Shown: positions 12,146-21,637 of the stretch, piece after piece
How positions within the stretch are numbered: the stretch's first letter is position 1
Layout of the letters: every line of letters starts with the position of its first letter
Assembly: GCA_041649575.1 (NCBI GenBank)
Contig: JBAZMW010000001.1
Coordinates: forward strand, 90,001 to 122,000
Reading direction: 5' to 3'
Length of the DNA: 32,000 bases
Source: Patescibacteria group bacterium
GTDB taxonomy: Bacteria; Patescibacteriota; Patescibacteriia; 2-01-FULL-39-33
The notes under the pieces: model-generated
What the model saw: the letters and a program-made list of their open reading frames with translations, nothing else
What the model was told of the DNA's origin: nothing
Databases searched by the model: none
Program-made: the position numbers and the translations under genes

Positions 12146-12169
12146 TTTTCTAGTTTTAACCGTCAAAAT

Positions 12170-12463
12170 ATGAAACTCTCTCAACAAGAAGTCGAACACA
12201 TTGCCTCGTTGGCCCGTCTGAAGCTAAGCCAAGAGGAAAAGGAAAAATACGGCGAGCAATTGTCGGCCATTTTGGATTATATGGAAAAATTGCAAGAAGT
12301 GGCTACCGACAACATCGAGCCGACTTCGCAAGTCACCGGACTGGCCAATATCATGAGAGAAGACGAGATAAAAGAATCGGGGATAGCCGCCGGTCTGCTT
12401 GGCTGCTCTCCGGAAAACGACAGCGAAATGATTAAGATTCCCAAAATTTTTACCGACAAATAA
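12170..12463 (+). CDS. gatC: Asp/Glu-tRNA amidotransferase subunit C
   Basis: 97 aa with the typical sequences VEHIASLARLKLSQEEKEKY and LSAILDYMEKLQEV. It lies immediately upstream of gatA. Confidence 0.9.
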   Translation: MKLSQQEVEHIASLARLKLSQEEKEKYGEQLSAILDYMEKLQEVATDNIEPTSQVTGLANIMREDEIKESGIAAGLLGCSPENDSEMIKIPKIFTDK

Positions 12464-12464
12464 T

Positions 12465-13922
12465 ATGGGCCTAAACGAACTAACACTACTGGAGGCCTTC
12501 AGGGGCCTAAGAGAAAAAGAATTTTCCAGCCAGGAATTGACAGCCGATTGCCTGAAAAGAATAAAAGAGACTAACGGCAAGCTGAATTCTTTTATTACTA
12601 TTAGCGAGGAAGAGGCTATGGCCAAAGCCAAAGAAGTGGACAAGAAGATCAGCCAGAACGAAGAACTCTCGCCTCTGGCCGGCATACCCGTCTCGATCAA
12701 GGACTTGCTGTGCACTCAAGGAATCAAAACGACAGCCGCTTCCAAAATTTTAGAAAATTATGTTCCGCCTTTTGACGCCACGGTAGTGGAAAGACTGAAG
12801 GCCAACGAAGCGGTAATTGTGGGCAAGACCAATTTGGACGAGTTCGCCATGGGCTCCTCGACAGAAAATTCGGCTTTTGGCACTACCAAAAATCCATGGG
12901 ATGTGTCGAGGGTGCCGGGAGGCACTTCGGGCGGCTCCACGGCTTCTATCGCCGCCGACCAAAGCATTTATTCGATTGGCACGGATACTGGCGGTTCAAT
13001 CAGGCAACCAGCCTCTTTTTGCGGCGTCACAGGCCTAAAAGTGACCTATGGGCGCGTTTCACGCTATGGGGTGGTGGCTGATGCCTCGTCCCTGGATACC
13101 ATTGGCCCAATAGGCAAAAACGTGGCCGACATCGCCGTAGTTTTGCAATATATTGCCGGCCGGGACGACAAGGATTCCACCACTCCAGAAGTGGCGGTGG
13201 AGGATTATAGCGAAGAGATAGCCAAGGAGATAAAGGGACTCAAAATTGGTTTGCCCAAGGAATATTTTGTCGAAGGCATTGATCAAGACACCAGAGAAGT
13301 GATTTTGAAGGCAGTAAAAAAATTCGAAGAATTAGGCGCGGAGATTATTGATATTTCTTTGCCGCTGACCGACCCGGCCCTAGCCGCCTATTACATTATT
13401 CAGCCGGCCGAGGTTTCTTCTAATCTGGCTCGTTATGATGGCATCAGATATGGTTTTTCCAAGCGAGCGGACAGCGACCTGTTGAATGTTTATTTAAACA
13501 GCAGGAGCCAGGGTTTTGGGCCGGAAGCCAAAAGAAGGATTATGATCGGCAGCTATGTGTTGTCGGCCGGTTATTACGACGCTTATTATAAAAAAGCGAT
13601 GAAAGTGAGAACTCTGGTCAAAAATGATTTTGATAAGGCGCTGGAAAAAGTGGATATTATTCTGACACCGGTGGCGCCCACGCCGGCCTTCAAGATCGGC
13701 GAAAATATCGATAATCCTCTACAAATGTATTTGGCCGATGTCTTTACGGTGCCGGCTTCGCTGGCGGGAATTTGCGGCCTGTCGGTGCCAGCGGGATTTG
13801 CCGCCGGCTTGCCGGTTGGTGTACAATTACTGGGCGGGAGATTTGCCGAAAAAATTATTCTAAGAGCCGGTCATCAATACCAGCTGGCGACCGATTGGCA
13901 TAAACAAAAACCAAAAATTTAA
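12465..13922 (+). CDS. gatA: Asp/Glu-tRNA amidotransferase subunit A (amidase signature family)
   Basis: It has the amidase signature GGTSGGSTASIA, the catalytic context IKDLLCTQGIKTTAASKIL, and a typical GatA length of 485 aa. Confidence 0.95.
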   Translation: MGLNELTLLEAFRGLREKEFSSQELTADCLKRIKETNGKLNSFITISEEEAMAKAKEVDKKISQNEELSPLAGIPVSIKDLLCTQGIKTTAASKILENYVPPFDATVVERLKANEAVIVGKTNLDEFAMGSSTENSAFGTTKNPWDVSRVPGGTSGGSTASIAADQSIYSIGTDTGGSIRQPASFCGVTGLKVTYGRVSRYGVVADASSLDTIGPIGKNVADIAVVLQYIAGRDDKDSTTPEVAVEDYSEEIAKEIKGLKIGLPKEYFVEGIDQDTREVILKAVKKFEELGAEIIDISLPLTDPALAAYYIIQPAEVSSNLARYDGIRYGFSKRADSDLLNVYLNSRSQGFGPEAKRRIMIGSYVLSAGYYDAYYKKAMKVRTLVKNDFDKALEKVDIILTPVAPTPAFKIGENIDNPLQMYLADVFTVPASLAGICGLSVPAGFAAGLPVGVQLLGGRFAEKIILRAGHQYQLATDWHKQKPKI

Positions 13923-13939
13923 AAAATAAATTTAAAACT

Positions 13940-14554
13940 ATGAGTGAGGAACAAAAGCAGAATAAGCAACAATTTTTAACCGGGCTTTTTGGCGGTATCG
14001 CCGTGGTGGCTGTGATTGGCTTGATAATTTTGGGTGTGGCTTTTATTTCCATGTCGAAAAATAACAATAATCCCAGCGTCAATAACAACCAGGGCAATCA
14101 AAACAACTCGCCAACGCCCACCGCCAATGAGCCGGCCACTACGCCCATTGACATTAAAGGGGCTATGACTTTCTCGCAAAAGAAAGACGCAAATCTTTGC
14201 AAAGAAGACGGCAAGCCGGTGGTCTATCTGTTTTCCACCACCTGGTGCCCGCATTGCGAGTGGGTAAAAGCGGCCTTTGACAAGGTGGCCAAGGAATATA
14301 TCGATGCCGGCAAGATCAAGGCCTATCACTGGGAAGTCGATACCAACGACGACACTCTGACTTCGGAAAAAGAGAACCAGGTGCCGGAGGCGGCCATGAA
14401 GGCTTATCAGGAATTTAATCCGCAGGGGTCAATTCCCACTTTCGTTTTTGGTTGCAAATATTTCCGAGTGGGCAATGGTTATGAGAGAGAAGACGACTTG
14501 GCCAAAGAAGAAGCCGAATTCAGGCTGATAATTGATAGTTTAATCAAACAATAA
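13940..14554 (+). CDS. Membrane-anchored extracytoplasmic thioredoxin-fold oxidoreductase
   Basis: It has an N-terminal TM anchor, an N/Q/P-rich linker, and a thioredoxin active site WCPHC (STTWCPHCEW). Confidence 0.8.
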   Translation: MSEEQKQNKQQFLTGLFGGIAVVAVIGLIILGVAFISMSKNNNNPSVNNNQGNQNNSPTPTANEPATTPIDIKGAMTFSQKKDANLCKEDGKPVVYLFSTTWCPHCEWVKAAFDKVAKEYIDAGKIKAYHWEVDTNDDTLTSEKENQVPEAAMKAYQEFNPQGSIPTFVFGCKYFRVGNGYEREDDLAKEEAEFRLIIDSLIKQ

Positions 14555-14569
14555 GCGATTTTTTCCAAT

Positions 14570-14608
14570 CCAGCCCTACACTTTTATAAAGGTGTAGGGC
14601 TGGCTTTT
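14570..14608 (+). terminator. Rho-independent terminator
   Basis: Hairpin CCAGCCCTACAC-ttttataaag-GTGTAGGGCTGG followed by CTTTT. Confidence 0.7.
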
Positions 14609-14673
14609 AAATTGGACAAAACCGATTTTTTTGGCTAAACTTGTTATTAGTTTCAAAAATGGAAAGCAAAAAT

Positions 14674-14764
14674 GGAGAGTTCGCATAGTTGGTCTAGTGC
14701 GCACGCTTGGAAAGCGTGTAGGGTGTCAAAACCCTCGAGGGTTCGAATCCCTCACTCTCCGCCA
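14674..14764 (+). tRNA. tRNA-Ser (anticodon GGA), class II with long variable arm, CCA encoded
   Basis: Hand-folded as follows:
- Acceptor stem: GGAGAGT/ACTCTCC.
- Anticodon stem and loop: CACGC/GCGTG with loop TTGGAAA.
- Variable arm: AGGGT/ACCCT.
- T arm: GAGGG-TTCGAAT-CCCTC.
- Discriminator G followed by CCA. Confidence 0.9.
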
Positions 14765-14802
14765 ATTCAATAGGGATAATAAACAACATAACCAAAAATA
14801 AT

Positions 14803-15288
14803 ATGACCGAACAAACAATAAAATCAACCGGCTGTTGCGAACCGTTCAACCCGGAGCCCTGGCAAGAAAAAGAGATTAACTGGCAAGACAAAATTTTTGT
14901 CAAAGACCAGGTGACGAGCTTTCTTCACATCCCGCTTAATTTTGGAAAGATAGTGGTCAAAAACATGAAGCTGATTGAAAAGGCAGGAGCCAAGGCGCCT
15001 CATCAACTGATGCTCACCGATGAGAAATCTCTTTGGGGCGCGGATATTTACATTGATGTTGCCAAGGAGGTGGCGGGAGCGCAAATGGCCAAACTTTCCG
15101 GCATCTTCCTGACAAAGGTCTTTGAAGGGCCCTACCAAAACGCCGGCAAATGGGCGCTGGAGATGAAAGAATACGTAAAAAGCAAGGGTAAGGAAATAAA
15201 AAAGTTGTATTTTTCTTATACTACTTGTCCCAAATGCGCCAAGGCCTACGGGAAGAATTATGTGGTACTTTTTGCCCAGATAAATTAA
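14803..15288 (+). CDS. Conserved hypothetical protein with Cys motifs
   Basis: 161-aa ORF with an N-terminal GCCEPFNPEPW and a C-terminal CPKC. I could not assign a family from the sequence alone. Confidence 0.6.
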   Translation: MTEQTIKSTGCCEPFNPEPWQEKEINWQDKIFVKDQVTSFLHIPLNFGKIVVKNMKLIEKAGAKAPHQLMLTDEKSLWGADIYIDVAKEVAGAQMAKLSGIFLTKVFEGPYQNAGKWALEMKEYVKSKGKEIKKLYFSYTTCPKCAKAYGKNYVVLFAQIN

Positions 15289-15292
15289 ACAT

Positions 15293-15321
15293 TTGACATA
15301 ATCTATTTAATCGGTTATAAT
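15293..15321 (+). promoter_or_regulatory. Consensus sigma-70 promoter for the RRM protein gene
   Basis: Perfect TTGACA (15293-15298), a 17-nt spacer, then perfect TATAAT (15316-15321). This implies a 5' UTR of roughly 120 nt before the ATG at 15451. Confidence 0.65.
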
Positions 15322-15450
15322 AGGGGAGTAAGTATTTCTCTCAAGCGAGTTAGCTTTTCTTATATGTTTAGTGGCCGAGCCATTATATATAAGTGACAAA
15401 GGAGAAGAGAGGTCGTCTTACAACTTAAAAAATCAAGAACATATAAGAAA

Positions 15451-15777
15451 ATGGCAAAAAAGTTATACGTAGGCTCTTTAGCCTATAGCATTACCGACGA
15501 CCGCTTAAGAGAAGTTTTCTCTGAAGCCGGTGCCGTCGAATCCGCCACGGTTATCATCGACAAGATGTCTGGACGTTCCCGAGGCTTTGGTTTCGTGGAA
15601 ATGTCCAATGATGACGAGGCGGCAAAAGCGATTGAGATGTTCAATGGCAAAGACGTCGATGGCATGGCCATCACTGTCAACGAAGCCAGACCAATGTCCG
15701 ACAGGCCGCGCCGATCTTTTGATCGCAACAGCAGCGATAGAGGCGGTTATGGCCGCGATCGCAGACGATCATTCTAA
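15451..15777 (+). CDS. RRM-type RNA-binding protein with Arg/Gly/Ser/Asp-rich tail
   Basis: RNP-2 is LYVGSL and RNP-1 is RGFGFVEM. The C-terminus is RS/RG/RD-rich (SDRPRRSFDRNSSDRGGYGRDRRRSF). Confidence 0.92.
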   Translation: MAKKLYVGSLAYSITDDRLREVFSEAGAVESATVIIDKMSGRSRGFGFVEMSNDDEAAKAIEMFNGKDVDGMAITVNEARPMSDRPRRSFDRNSSDRGGYGRDRRRSF

Positions 15778-15793
15778 GGATCATCTATAAAAA

Positions 15794-15829
15794 AACAGCT
15801 TCCGCCAAAAGCGGAAGTTGTTTTTTTTG
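15794..15829 (+). terminator. Rho-independent terminator
   Basis: Hairpin AACAGCTTCCGC-caaaa-GCGGAAGTTGTT with one G-U pair, followed by T8. Confidence 0.75.
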
Positions 15830-15869
15830 TTTGGCCGTTTTTATGATAAAATAAGGTAAACTAAAATTT

Positions 15870-16727
15870 ATGGGAATATTTTTCGCTTTTTTGGCTTTGT
15901 TGTTTTGGGGTGGAGGAGATTTTTTAATTCAAAAAAGCGCGAGAAAATTTGGCAACTGGTTGACGCTTTTTTATATTACGGCTTTTGGCTCAATCATCCT
16001 TTTGCCTTTCGTTTACTCCCGGCTGGGGGAGGTTTTTTCTTTTGGCAAGGAATTTTGGTTTTTATTGTTGGTCTCGGTGGTCATTTTGTTGGCCGCCTTA
16101 TTGGACTTCGAGGCTCTAAGAGTTGGAAAGATTTCGGTGGTGGAGCCGGTTTACGCTCTAGAGATTCCGGTCACTATTTTATTGGCTTCCCTGATAATAG
16201 GGGAATATTTAAGCGGCCCGCAGTTGTTTTTGGTGGTCGTGCTTTTGGTTGGTATTTTTTTGGTTTCCGTTAAATCTTTAAATAAATTAAAACGGTTCAG
16301 GCTGGAGCGGGGCGTTTTGCTGGCCGTGGTCGCTACCGTGGGCATGGGCCTGGCTAATTTTTTGTTTGGCTTCGGCGCCAGAGAGACCGGCCCGCTACTG
16401 GTTAACTGGTTCACCAGCCTGGTAATGGCCTTGGTCGCTTTAATTTATTTGGTTGGCCGGGCGCGGGCCAAAGAGATATTCAGCGGCTGGAAAAGAGAGA
16501 AATTGTTGATTGTGGGAACTGGTTTGATTGATAATTTGGCATGGATCTCTTTTACTTGCAGCACTCTTTATATTCCCATAGCCATCACCACCAGCATTAG
16601 CGAAAGCTATATCGCCTTGGCCTCGGCCTTGGGTTTATTTTTCAACAGAGAAAAGCTAAAAAAGCATCAATGGCTGGGACTGATTCTGGCCGTAGTGGCG
16701 GTGGTTGTTTTGGCGATTATCACCTGA
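15870..16727 (+). CDS. EamA/DMT-family transporter
   Basis: 285 aa with about 10 hydrophobic segments in a duplicated 5+5 arrangement, typical of the drug/metabolite transporter superfamily. Confidence 0.8.
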   Translation: MGIFFAFLALLFWGGGDFLIQKSARKFGNWLTLFYITAFGSIILLPFVYSRLGEVFSFGKEFWFLLLVSVVILLAALLDFEALRVGKISVVEPVYALEIPVTILLASLIIGEYLSGPQLFLVVVLLVGIFLVSVKSLNKLKRFRLERGVLLAVVATVGMGLANFLFGFGARETGPLLVNWFTSLVMALVALIYLVGRARAKEIFSGWKREKLLIVGTGLIDNLAWISFTCSTLYIPIAITTSISESYIALASALGLFFNREKLKKHQWLGLILAVVAVVVLAIIT

Positions 16728-16731
16728 ACAA

Positions 16732-17019
16732 ATGAACACGGATTTTTCTAAAAATATTTTTAAGGTCGTGGCCCGGATACCGCCGGGCCGGGTTTTGACT
16801 TATGCCCAGGTGGCAAGTAGAGCCGGCCGGCCGCTGGCTTACCGGGCGGTTGGCAATATTTTGAGCCAAAACCATGACCCCCAAATACCCTGCCATCGAG
16901 TGATCCGTTCGGACGGGCTGGCCGGCGGCTATAACCGGGGCAAGAGAAAAAAATTGGAATTACTGAAGAAAGAGGGGGTGATTAAAAATAAGTTGCCCTC
17001 TTTGGGGGGGGCATGCTAA
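16732..17019 (+). CDS. Minimal MGMT-family protein (O6-alkylguanine-DNA alkyltransferase C-terminal domain only)
   Basis: I moved the start to the ATG at 16732. It has the active-site motif PCHRV with the Cys retained, and helix-turn-helix context (YAQVASRAGRPLAYRAVGNIL). At only 95 aa it has no N-terminal domain. Confidence 0.85.
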   Translation: MNTDFSKNIFKVVARIPPGRVLTYAQVASRAGRPLAYRAVGNILSQNHDPQIPCHRVIRSDGLAGGYNRGKRKKLELLKKEGVIKNKLPSLGGAC

Positions 17020-17050
17020 AATAAGCCCATAAAAAATAATCATAAAACCC

Positions 17051-17635
17051 ATGCAGGAAACTTTAAAGAATCTGACCAAAGCTTTTATCGGCGAATCGCA
17101 GGCCAGAAACCGCTATACCATGTATGCCAGTGTAGCCAAAAAAGAGGGCTTTGAGCAGATAGCCGAAATTTTTTTGCTCACCGCCGATCAAGAGCGGGAA
17201 CATGCCAATAAAGTATTTAAAGAAATTCAGGAACTCAAAAAAGACAATCCCGAAGAATTGGCCGCGATCAGGGTGGAGGCCGAAGCGCCGACCGCTTATG
17301 GCACCACGGCCGAAAACCTGAAGGCGGCCATTGCCGGCGAGAATTACGAACACACCAAGATGTACCCGGAGTTTGCCGACGTCGCCGATAGCGAAGGCCT
17401 AAAAAGCGTTGCTTTTAGATTGCGCCACATCGCCACAGCCGAAGAGCATCACGAAGAAAGGTATAAAAAATTATTAAAAGAAGTAGTAGCGGACACCGTC
17501 TTTAAAAAAGACAAGGAAGTTTGGTGGGTCTGTCGCGAATGCGGTTATCAGCATTTTGGCAAAGAAGCGCCCCAGGAGTGCCCGTCTTGCAATCACGCTC
17601 AAGCATTTTATCAGGTGAAGTGCGAAGAGTATTAA
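17051..17635 (+). CDS. rbr: Rubrerythrin
   Basis: It has an N-terminal ferritin-like diiron domain (ESQARNRY, ADQEREHA, ENYEHTKMYPEF, AEEHHEERY). Its C-terminal rubredoxin-like domain is CRECGY...CPSCNH. Confidence 0.93.
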   Translation: MQETLKNLTKAFIGESQARNRYTMYASVAKKEGFEQIAEIFLLTADQEREHANKVFKEIQELKKDNPEELAAIRVEAEAPTAYGTTAENLKAAIAGENYEHTKMYPEFADVADSEGLKSVAFRLRHIATAEEHHEERYKKLLKEVVADTVFKKDKEVWWVCRECGYQHFGKEAPQECPSCNHAQAFYQVKCEEY

Positions 17636-17643
17636 TTTAATTT

Positions 17644-18246
17644 ATGCAGTATTATATCCCTCTAATCATGGAGGGGCTGCGCCATTACGGCTATTTTATT
17701 TTATTCTTTGGCGCTTTTTTTGCCGGCGAAACCTTTATCCTGGCGGCGGCATTTTTGGCTTCTTGGAAATATTTTAATTTGCAGTGGGTGATTTTGGTCA
17801 GTTTGTTGGCAGTGCTTCTTTCAGACAGCCTTTGGTATTTCATCGGGCTGAAATTTTCCCAGCCCATCAGCCGCTTCAGGCGTTTCTTCTCACCAGTTAG
17901 ATACGAAAAAAGAATTGCCGCTTTCAAAAACGGTTTTAATAAACACTATCGGGAGTTTTTGATTTTGGGGAAATTCGTTTATGGAGCGAGGATTTTGACG
18001 CTTTTGGCCGCCGGCCATCAAAAAATAAATTATAAAAAATTCTTATATTATAATTTTATCGGCAATATTATCTGGCTGTTTGCGGTAATAATCGTGGGCT
18101 GTCTGATGGGCCTGGCCTGGGATTATCTTGATCGGTTCAATCACTATTGGCGTTATTTGATTTTGGTCGGCTTGGCCCTGCTACTGGCGGTCAGATTCGT
18201 TTTCAGTAAAATTATTAAAAAACTCAATTATGAGCCGGGAAGTTGA
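17644..18246 (+). CDS. DedA/SNARE-associated family membrane protein
   Basis: It has typical DedA features: FFGAFFAGETFILAAAFLA, LLSDSLWYFIGLKF and GKFVYGARILTLLAAG. Confidence 0.82.
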   Translation: MQYYIPLIMEGLRHYGYFILFFGAFFAGETFILAAAFLASWKYFNLQWVILVSLLAVLLSDSLWYFIGLKFSQPISRFRRFFSPVRYEKRIAAFKNGFNKHYREFLILGKFVYGARILTLLAAGHQKINYKKFLYYNFIGNIIWLFAVIIVGCLMGLAWDYLDRFNHYWRYLILVGLALLLAVRFVFSKIIKKLNYEPGS

Positions 18247-20065
18247 AGAGATAAAAGCCAAGCTGGATTTGGTGGATTTTATGAGCGAATACGTCAAACT
18301 GTTGCCGGCGGGCGGTAATTTTAAGGCTCTTTGCCCTTTTCATAACGAAAAGACCCCGTCTCTAATGGTCAATCGCCAGAGGCAAATTTGGAAATGTTTC
18401 GGTTGCGGCGAGGGCGGAGATGTTTTTAATTTTTTGATGAAAATAGAAGGGTTGGAATTTGCCGAAGCACTGAAGGTTTTGGCGCAAAGGGCGGGCGTGG
18501 CCCTAAGAACCCAGGACCCGGCGCTTAACAGCGAAAAAAATCGTCTTTATGGTCTTTTGGATTTGGCTGCGCGTTATTGGCACAAGGTGCTTTTGGATTC
18601 TTCGGCGGCCAAGGAAGCCAGGGATTATTTAAGCCAGCGGGGCCTAAGCTGGGAGACGATCGAAGATTTTCGCCTGGGTTATGCCATCGAAGCCTGGGAT
18701 GATTTGAATAACTTTCTGATTAAGAAGGGTTTCACTGAAGCAGAAATTTTTTCAGCCGGTTTGTCGGTAAAAAAAGAGCGGGGAACCGGTTTTTATGATC
18801 GTTTCCGAGCCAGAATAATGTTTCCCATTCTTGATTTGCACGGGCGGGCAGTGGGCTTTGGCGGCCGGACTCTAAAAAAAGAAGAAGCCGCCAAATACAT
18901 CAATACGCCGCAGACCAGCGTTTATAATAAAAGTTCGGTTCTCTATGGCTTCTACCGGGCCAAGGAGACAATCAAAAAAAATGACTTGTGCATTTTGGTT
19001 GAAGGCTACATGGACGTTTTGCCTTCTTATCAGGCGGGGGTAAAAAATGTGGCGGCGATTTCTGGCACCGCCTTGACCGGGGAGCAAATAAAAATTTTAA
19101 AAAGATACTCAAACAATCTGGCCCTGGCTCTGGATATGGATGCGGCCGGTCAGCAGGCGGCTTTGCGTAGCATTGATCTGGCCTTGGCCGAAGAAATGAA
19201 CGTCAAAATAATCAGCCTGCCTTTTGGTAAAGATCCGGGGGAGTGCATTAAGAATAATCCTCAAGATTGGCCGGACTCGATAGTAAAGGCGCAGGCGGTG
19301 ATGGATTATTTCTTTGGCTCGGCCCTGTCCAAATACGACATCAGTCAGCCGGAACAAAAGAAAAAAGCCGCTAAATTTTTGCTGGAGAAAATCAGTAAGC
19401 TGGGGGACAGGGTGGAGCAGGATTATTGGCTGAAAAAATTGGCCGCCACTCTAGCGGCATCAGAAGCGGTTCTAAGAGAGCTGCTGGTCAAGCTGGAGAG
19501 GGGATTTGGCAAAAGAGTCGGCGTCAAAAAAACGGAAGCCGCGCAAAACAGGCCGTCAGAAGATCAGGAACTGATACTTTTGAAAAGGCTTCTGGTCTTG
19601 GCTTTTAATTTTCCTCAATATTTTTTCAGAATCGTCGAGAGCGTCTCCCTGGATTTTTGGAATAATGATTTAAATCTTAGTCTTTACAAAAAGATTGTAT
19701 TATTTTATACTAGAAATACCGGTTCATTGGAAAAGTTGTCTGTGGATAAGCTGGGAACAGAAATTTGGAAAATATTCGACGAGTGGCTAAAGCGGGATAA
19801 GCCGGATTTTAGCGCCGCAGAATCAAAATTATTGGAAGAAGTTTTTTTATTGGCTCAGGCCGAGCGCGGTGTGATTGAGGAAAAAGCGGCCAAAGAAGAG
19901 CTGGATAATTTTTTAAAGTTGCTTAAAAACAATTATTTGACCGGCGAGATAGACAGATTAAAACAGACTCTGGAAAAAGCGGAACTGGCCGGCCGGCCGG
20001 CAGAAGAGCTGGCGCAGATTTATTTGAAACTTAACGAATTAATCAAACAAAAAAATATTAATTAA
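18230..20065 (+). CDS. dnaG: DNA primase DnaG
   Basis: It has a zinc-binding domain ([13 protein letters not shown]...[15 protein letters not shown]) and a TOPRIM domain (LVEGYMDV...DMDAAGQ). It lies upstream of rpoD, the classical macromolecular-synthesis arrangement. Confidence 0.95.
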   Translation: MSREVEEIKAKLDLVDFMSEYVKLLPAGGNFKALCPFHNEKTPSLMVNRQRQIWKCFGCGEGGDVFNFLMKIEGLEFAEALKVLAQRAGVALRTQDPALNSEKNRLYGLLDLAARYWHKVLLDSSAAKEARDYLSQRGLSWETIEDFRLGYAIEAWDDLNNFLIKKGFTEAEIFSAGLSVKKERGTGFYDRFRARIMFPILDLHGRAVGFGGRTLKKEEAAKYINTPQTSVYNKSSVLYGFYRAKETIKKNDLCILVEGYMDVLPSYQAGVKNVAAISGTALTGEQIKILKRYSNNLALALDMDAAGQQAALRSIDLALAEEMNVKIISLPFGKDPGECIKNNPQDWPDSIVKAQAVMDYFFGSALSKYDISQPEQKKKAAKFLLEKISKLGDRVEQDYWLKKLAATLAASEAVLRELLVKLERGFGKRVGVKKTEAAQNRPSEDQELILLKRLLVLAFNFPQYFFRIVESVSLDFWNNDLNLSLYKKIVLFYTRNTGSLEKLSVDKLGTEIWKIFDEWLKRDKPDFSAAESKLLEEVFLLAQAERGVIEEKAAKEELDNFLKLLKNNYLTGEIDRLKQTLEKAELAGRPAEELAQIYLKLNELIKQKNIN

Positions 20066-20112
20066 TACGCCTCGTTAAAATCAGCGGGGCAATTATCAAA
20101 GGTTCTAATTTA

Positions 20113-21417
20113 ATGTCCTCGAAAAAAAATAGAGGCAAGAAGAATAGAAATAAAAAGCCGGCCAAAACCAAAACCGCCGGCAGGCGAACAGCCAAAATTA
20201 GGAAGACGGCAGGTTCCAAAAATAAAAAATCTCAGTCCGCCAAACACAAAAAAAATTTAAAGGCGGCTATTAAAAAAAAGAGAGCCAAGCTTCGCAAACT
20301 TCCTAAGGCCATAGTCAAACCAGACGAAGAAGCGATCCAAACCTTGATTCGAAAGGGTAGATCGCGTGGTTTTATTACTGAACAAGAATTGCAGATAATT
20401 TTGCCGGAGCTGGAAGAATATATTATTCGCTACGAAGATTTGCTGGAAGAACTAGATCGGTTGGGAATTAATATCATGGAGTCGGGCGGTTTCTTTTCTT
20501 CGGCCCAGGCTAAAACCGAAGAGAAAAAGCCTGAAAAAAAGAGAAAGCCCAAAGCCAAAGCGATTACCGAGAGCGATATTAGCTTGGGGGATATTTCCAC
20601 CGATTCGATCCAGATGTATTTGAGAGAAATCGGCCGAGTGCCGTTGTTGTCTTCCGAGGAAGAAGTTTATCTGGCCAAAAAAATAGAAGAAGGCGAAATC
20701 GAGGCGCGGCAAAAATTGATCAGGGCTAATCTGCGCCTGGTGGTTTCGGTGGCCAAAAAGTTTCAAGGCAAAAGCCTGTCTCTTTTGGATTTGATTCAAG
20801 AGGGAAATATCGGGCTGTTTCGGGCGGTAGATAAATTCGATTATCGCAAGGGTTATAAATTTTCCACTTATGCCACTTGGTGGATCAGGCAGGCCATCAC
20901 CCGCTCTCTGGCCGATCAGTCGCGCACTATTCGCATTCCGGTGCATATGGTGGAAAACATTAATAAATTTCAGCAAGTAGAGCGGCGTCTGGTGCAGGAT
21001 CTGGGCCGCGAGCCGTTGCCGGAAGAAATTGCCGCCGAGATGGGCGAGGAGTTGGTCAAGATAAATCATATTATAAAAATTTCCCAAGAGACGATTTCTC
21101 TGGGCACGCCGGTAGGCGATGATAGTGATGACAGTATTCTGGAAGATTTTATCGAAGATCAGAAGACCATTAGTCCGGATAAGGCAGCCGCTTTGCAGAT
21201 TCTGGGCGATTATGTGCGACAAGTGATTTCCGAGCTCACGCCGCGCGAACAAAAGGTGCTCGAGATGCGTTTTGGGTTAAAAGACGGCGTAGCACATACA
21301 TTGGAAGAAGTGGGTCAGGAGTTTGATGTTACGCGTGAGCGTATTCGGCAAATAGAGGCCAAGGCGTTGGAAAAGATTGAAAAAATAAAGGGCATTGAAA
21401 AATTGAAAGATTTCTAA
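20113..21417 (+). CDS. rpoD: Primary sigma factor RpoD (sigma-70) with Lys/Arg-rich N-terminal extension
   Basis: Region 2 is [39 protein letters not shown]. Region 3 is present. Region 4.2 is [23 protein letters not shown]. The first ~70 aa are extremely basic. Confidence 0.95.
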   Translation: MSSKKNRGKKNRNKKPAKTKTAGRRTAKIRKTAGSKNKKSQSAKHKKNLKAAIKKKRAKLRKLPKAIVKPDEEAIQTLIRKGRSRGFITEQELQIILPELEEYIIRYEDLLEELDRLGINIMESGGFFSSAQAKTEEKKPEKKRKPKAKAITESDISLGDISTDSIQMYLREIGRVPLLSSEEEVYLAKKIEEGEIEARQKLIRANLRLVVSVAKKFQGKSLSLLDLIQEGNIGLFRAVDKFDYRKGYKFSTYATWWIRQAITRSLADQSRTIRIPVHMVENINKFQQVERRLVQDLGREPLPEEIAAEMGEELVKINHIIKISQETISLGTPVGDDSDDSILEDFIEDQKTISPDKAAALQILGDYVRQVISELTPREQKVLEMRFGLKDGVAHTLEEVGQEFDVTRERIRQIEAKALEKIEKIKGIEKLKDF

Positions 21418-21421
21418 ATTA

Positions 21422-21450
21422 TTGACAGCGGCTGGGTTTTTTGTTAATAT
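21422..21450 (+). promoter_or_regulatory. Near-consensus sigma-70 promoter driving the tRNA-Asn leader
   Basis: TTGACA (21422-21427), a 17-nt spacer, then TAATAT (21445-21450). It lies about 200 nt upstream of the mature tRNA-Asn 5' end. Confidence 0.55.
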
Positions 21451-21482
21451 TTTTTTAGAGTCATGTCTGATGGCTCTTTTAA

Positions 21483-21614
21483 AAAAACAAATGATCCGCG
21501 ATAGCGAAATGGGTCGAGGCCATAGGCCGAGACGGGCAGAAGCGAGCAAAGCGAGAGTCGATGAATGCGACCTTAGGGAGCATTCAGCGCTGCCCCGGAA
21601 GAGCAACCGGCGTT
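21483..21614 (+). other. Partial tRNA-Asn 5'-half copy interrupted by a GC-rich structured insert, within the tRNA leader
   Basis: 21483-21505 (AAAAACAAATGATCCGCGATAGC) repeats 21640-21662, which is 12 nt of upstream sequence plus tRNA positions 1-11. 21600-21611 (AGAGCAACCGGC) repeats 21671-21682, the D-stem 3' strand and anticodon-stem 5' strand. About 90 nt lie between them where the real tRNA has a 9-nt D-loop. That insert contains the stems GGGCAG/CTGCCC and TGAATGC/GCATTCA. Confidence 0.4.
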
Positions 21615-21637
21615 TAGTATATGGCAAAAGTAACAAA

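Noticed and set aside
12170-13922. gatC and gatA without an adjacent gatB, considered as a possible anomaly.
   Set aside because: gatB is frequently encoded elsewhere in bacterial genomes, so nothing can be concluded from a 32-kb window.
14694-14903. A 69-aa minus-strand ORF containing ...ESEGFEPSRVLTPY...
   Set aside because: It is the antisense translation of tRNA-Ser. The GFEP string is the classic signature of a T-arm read in reverse.
15530-15790. An 86-aa alternative-frame ORF and an 81-aa antisense ORF (15483-15728) over the RRM gene.
   Set aside because: The RRM frame carries clear RNP-1 and RNP-2 motifs, and the alternative frames have no support.
20452-21252. Long antisense ORFs inside rpoD (266 aa), ligA (10694-11449, 251 aa), gatC/gatA (12224-12715, 163 aa) and the minor pilin gene (7617-8042, 141 aa).
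   Set aside because: Each lies opposite a gene with unambiguous conserved motifs, and none shows any motif itself.
21506-21611. Possible SRP (4.5S) RNA, suggested by a CCCCGGAAGAGCAAC segment that resembles the GGAA tetraloop region.
   Set aside because: The bases flanking GGAA are not complementary, and the conserved symmetric-loop sequences of SRP RNA domain IV are absent.
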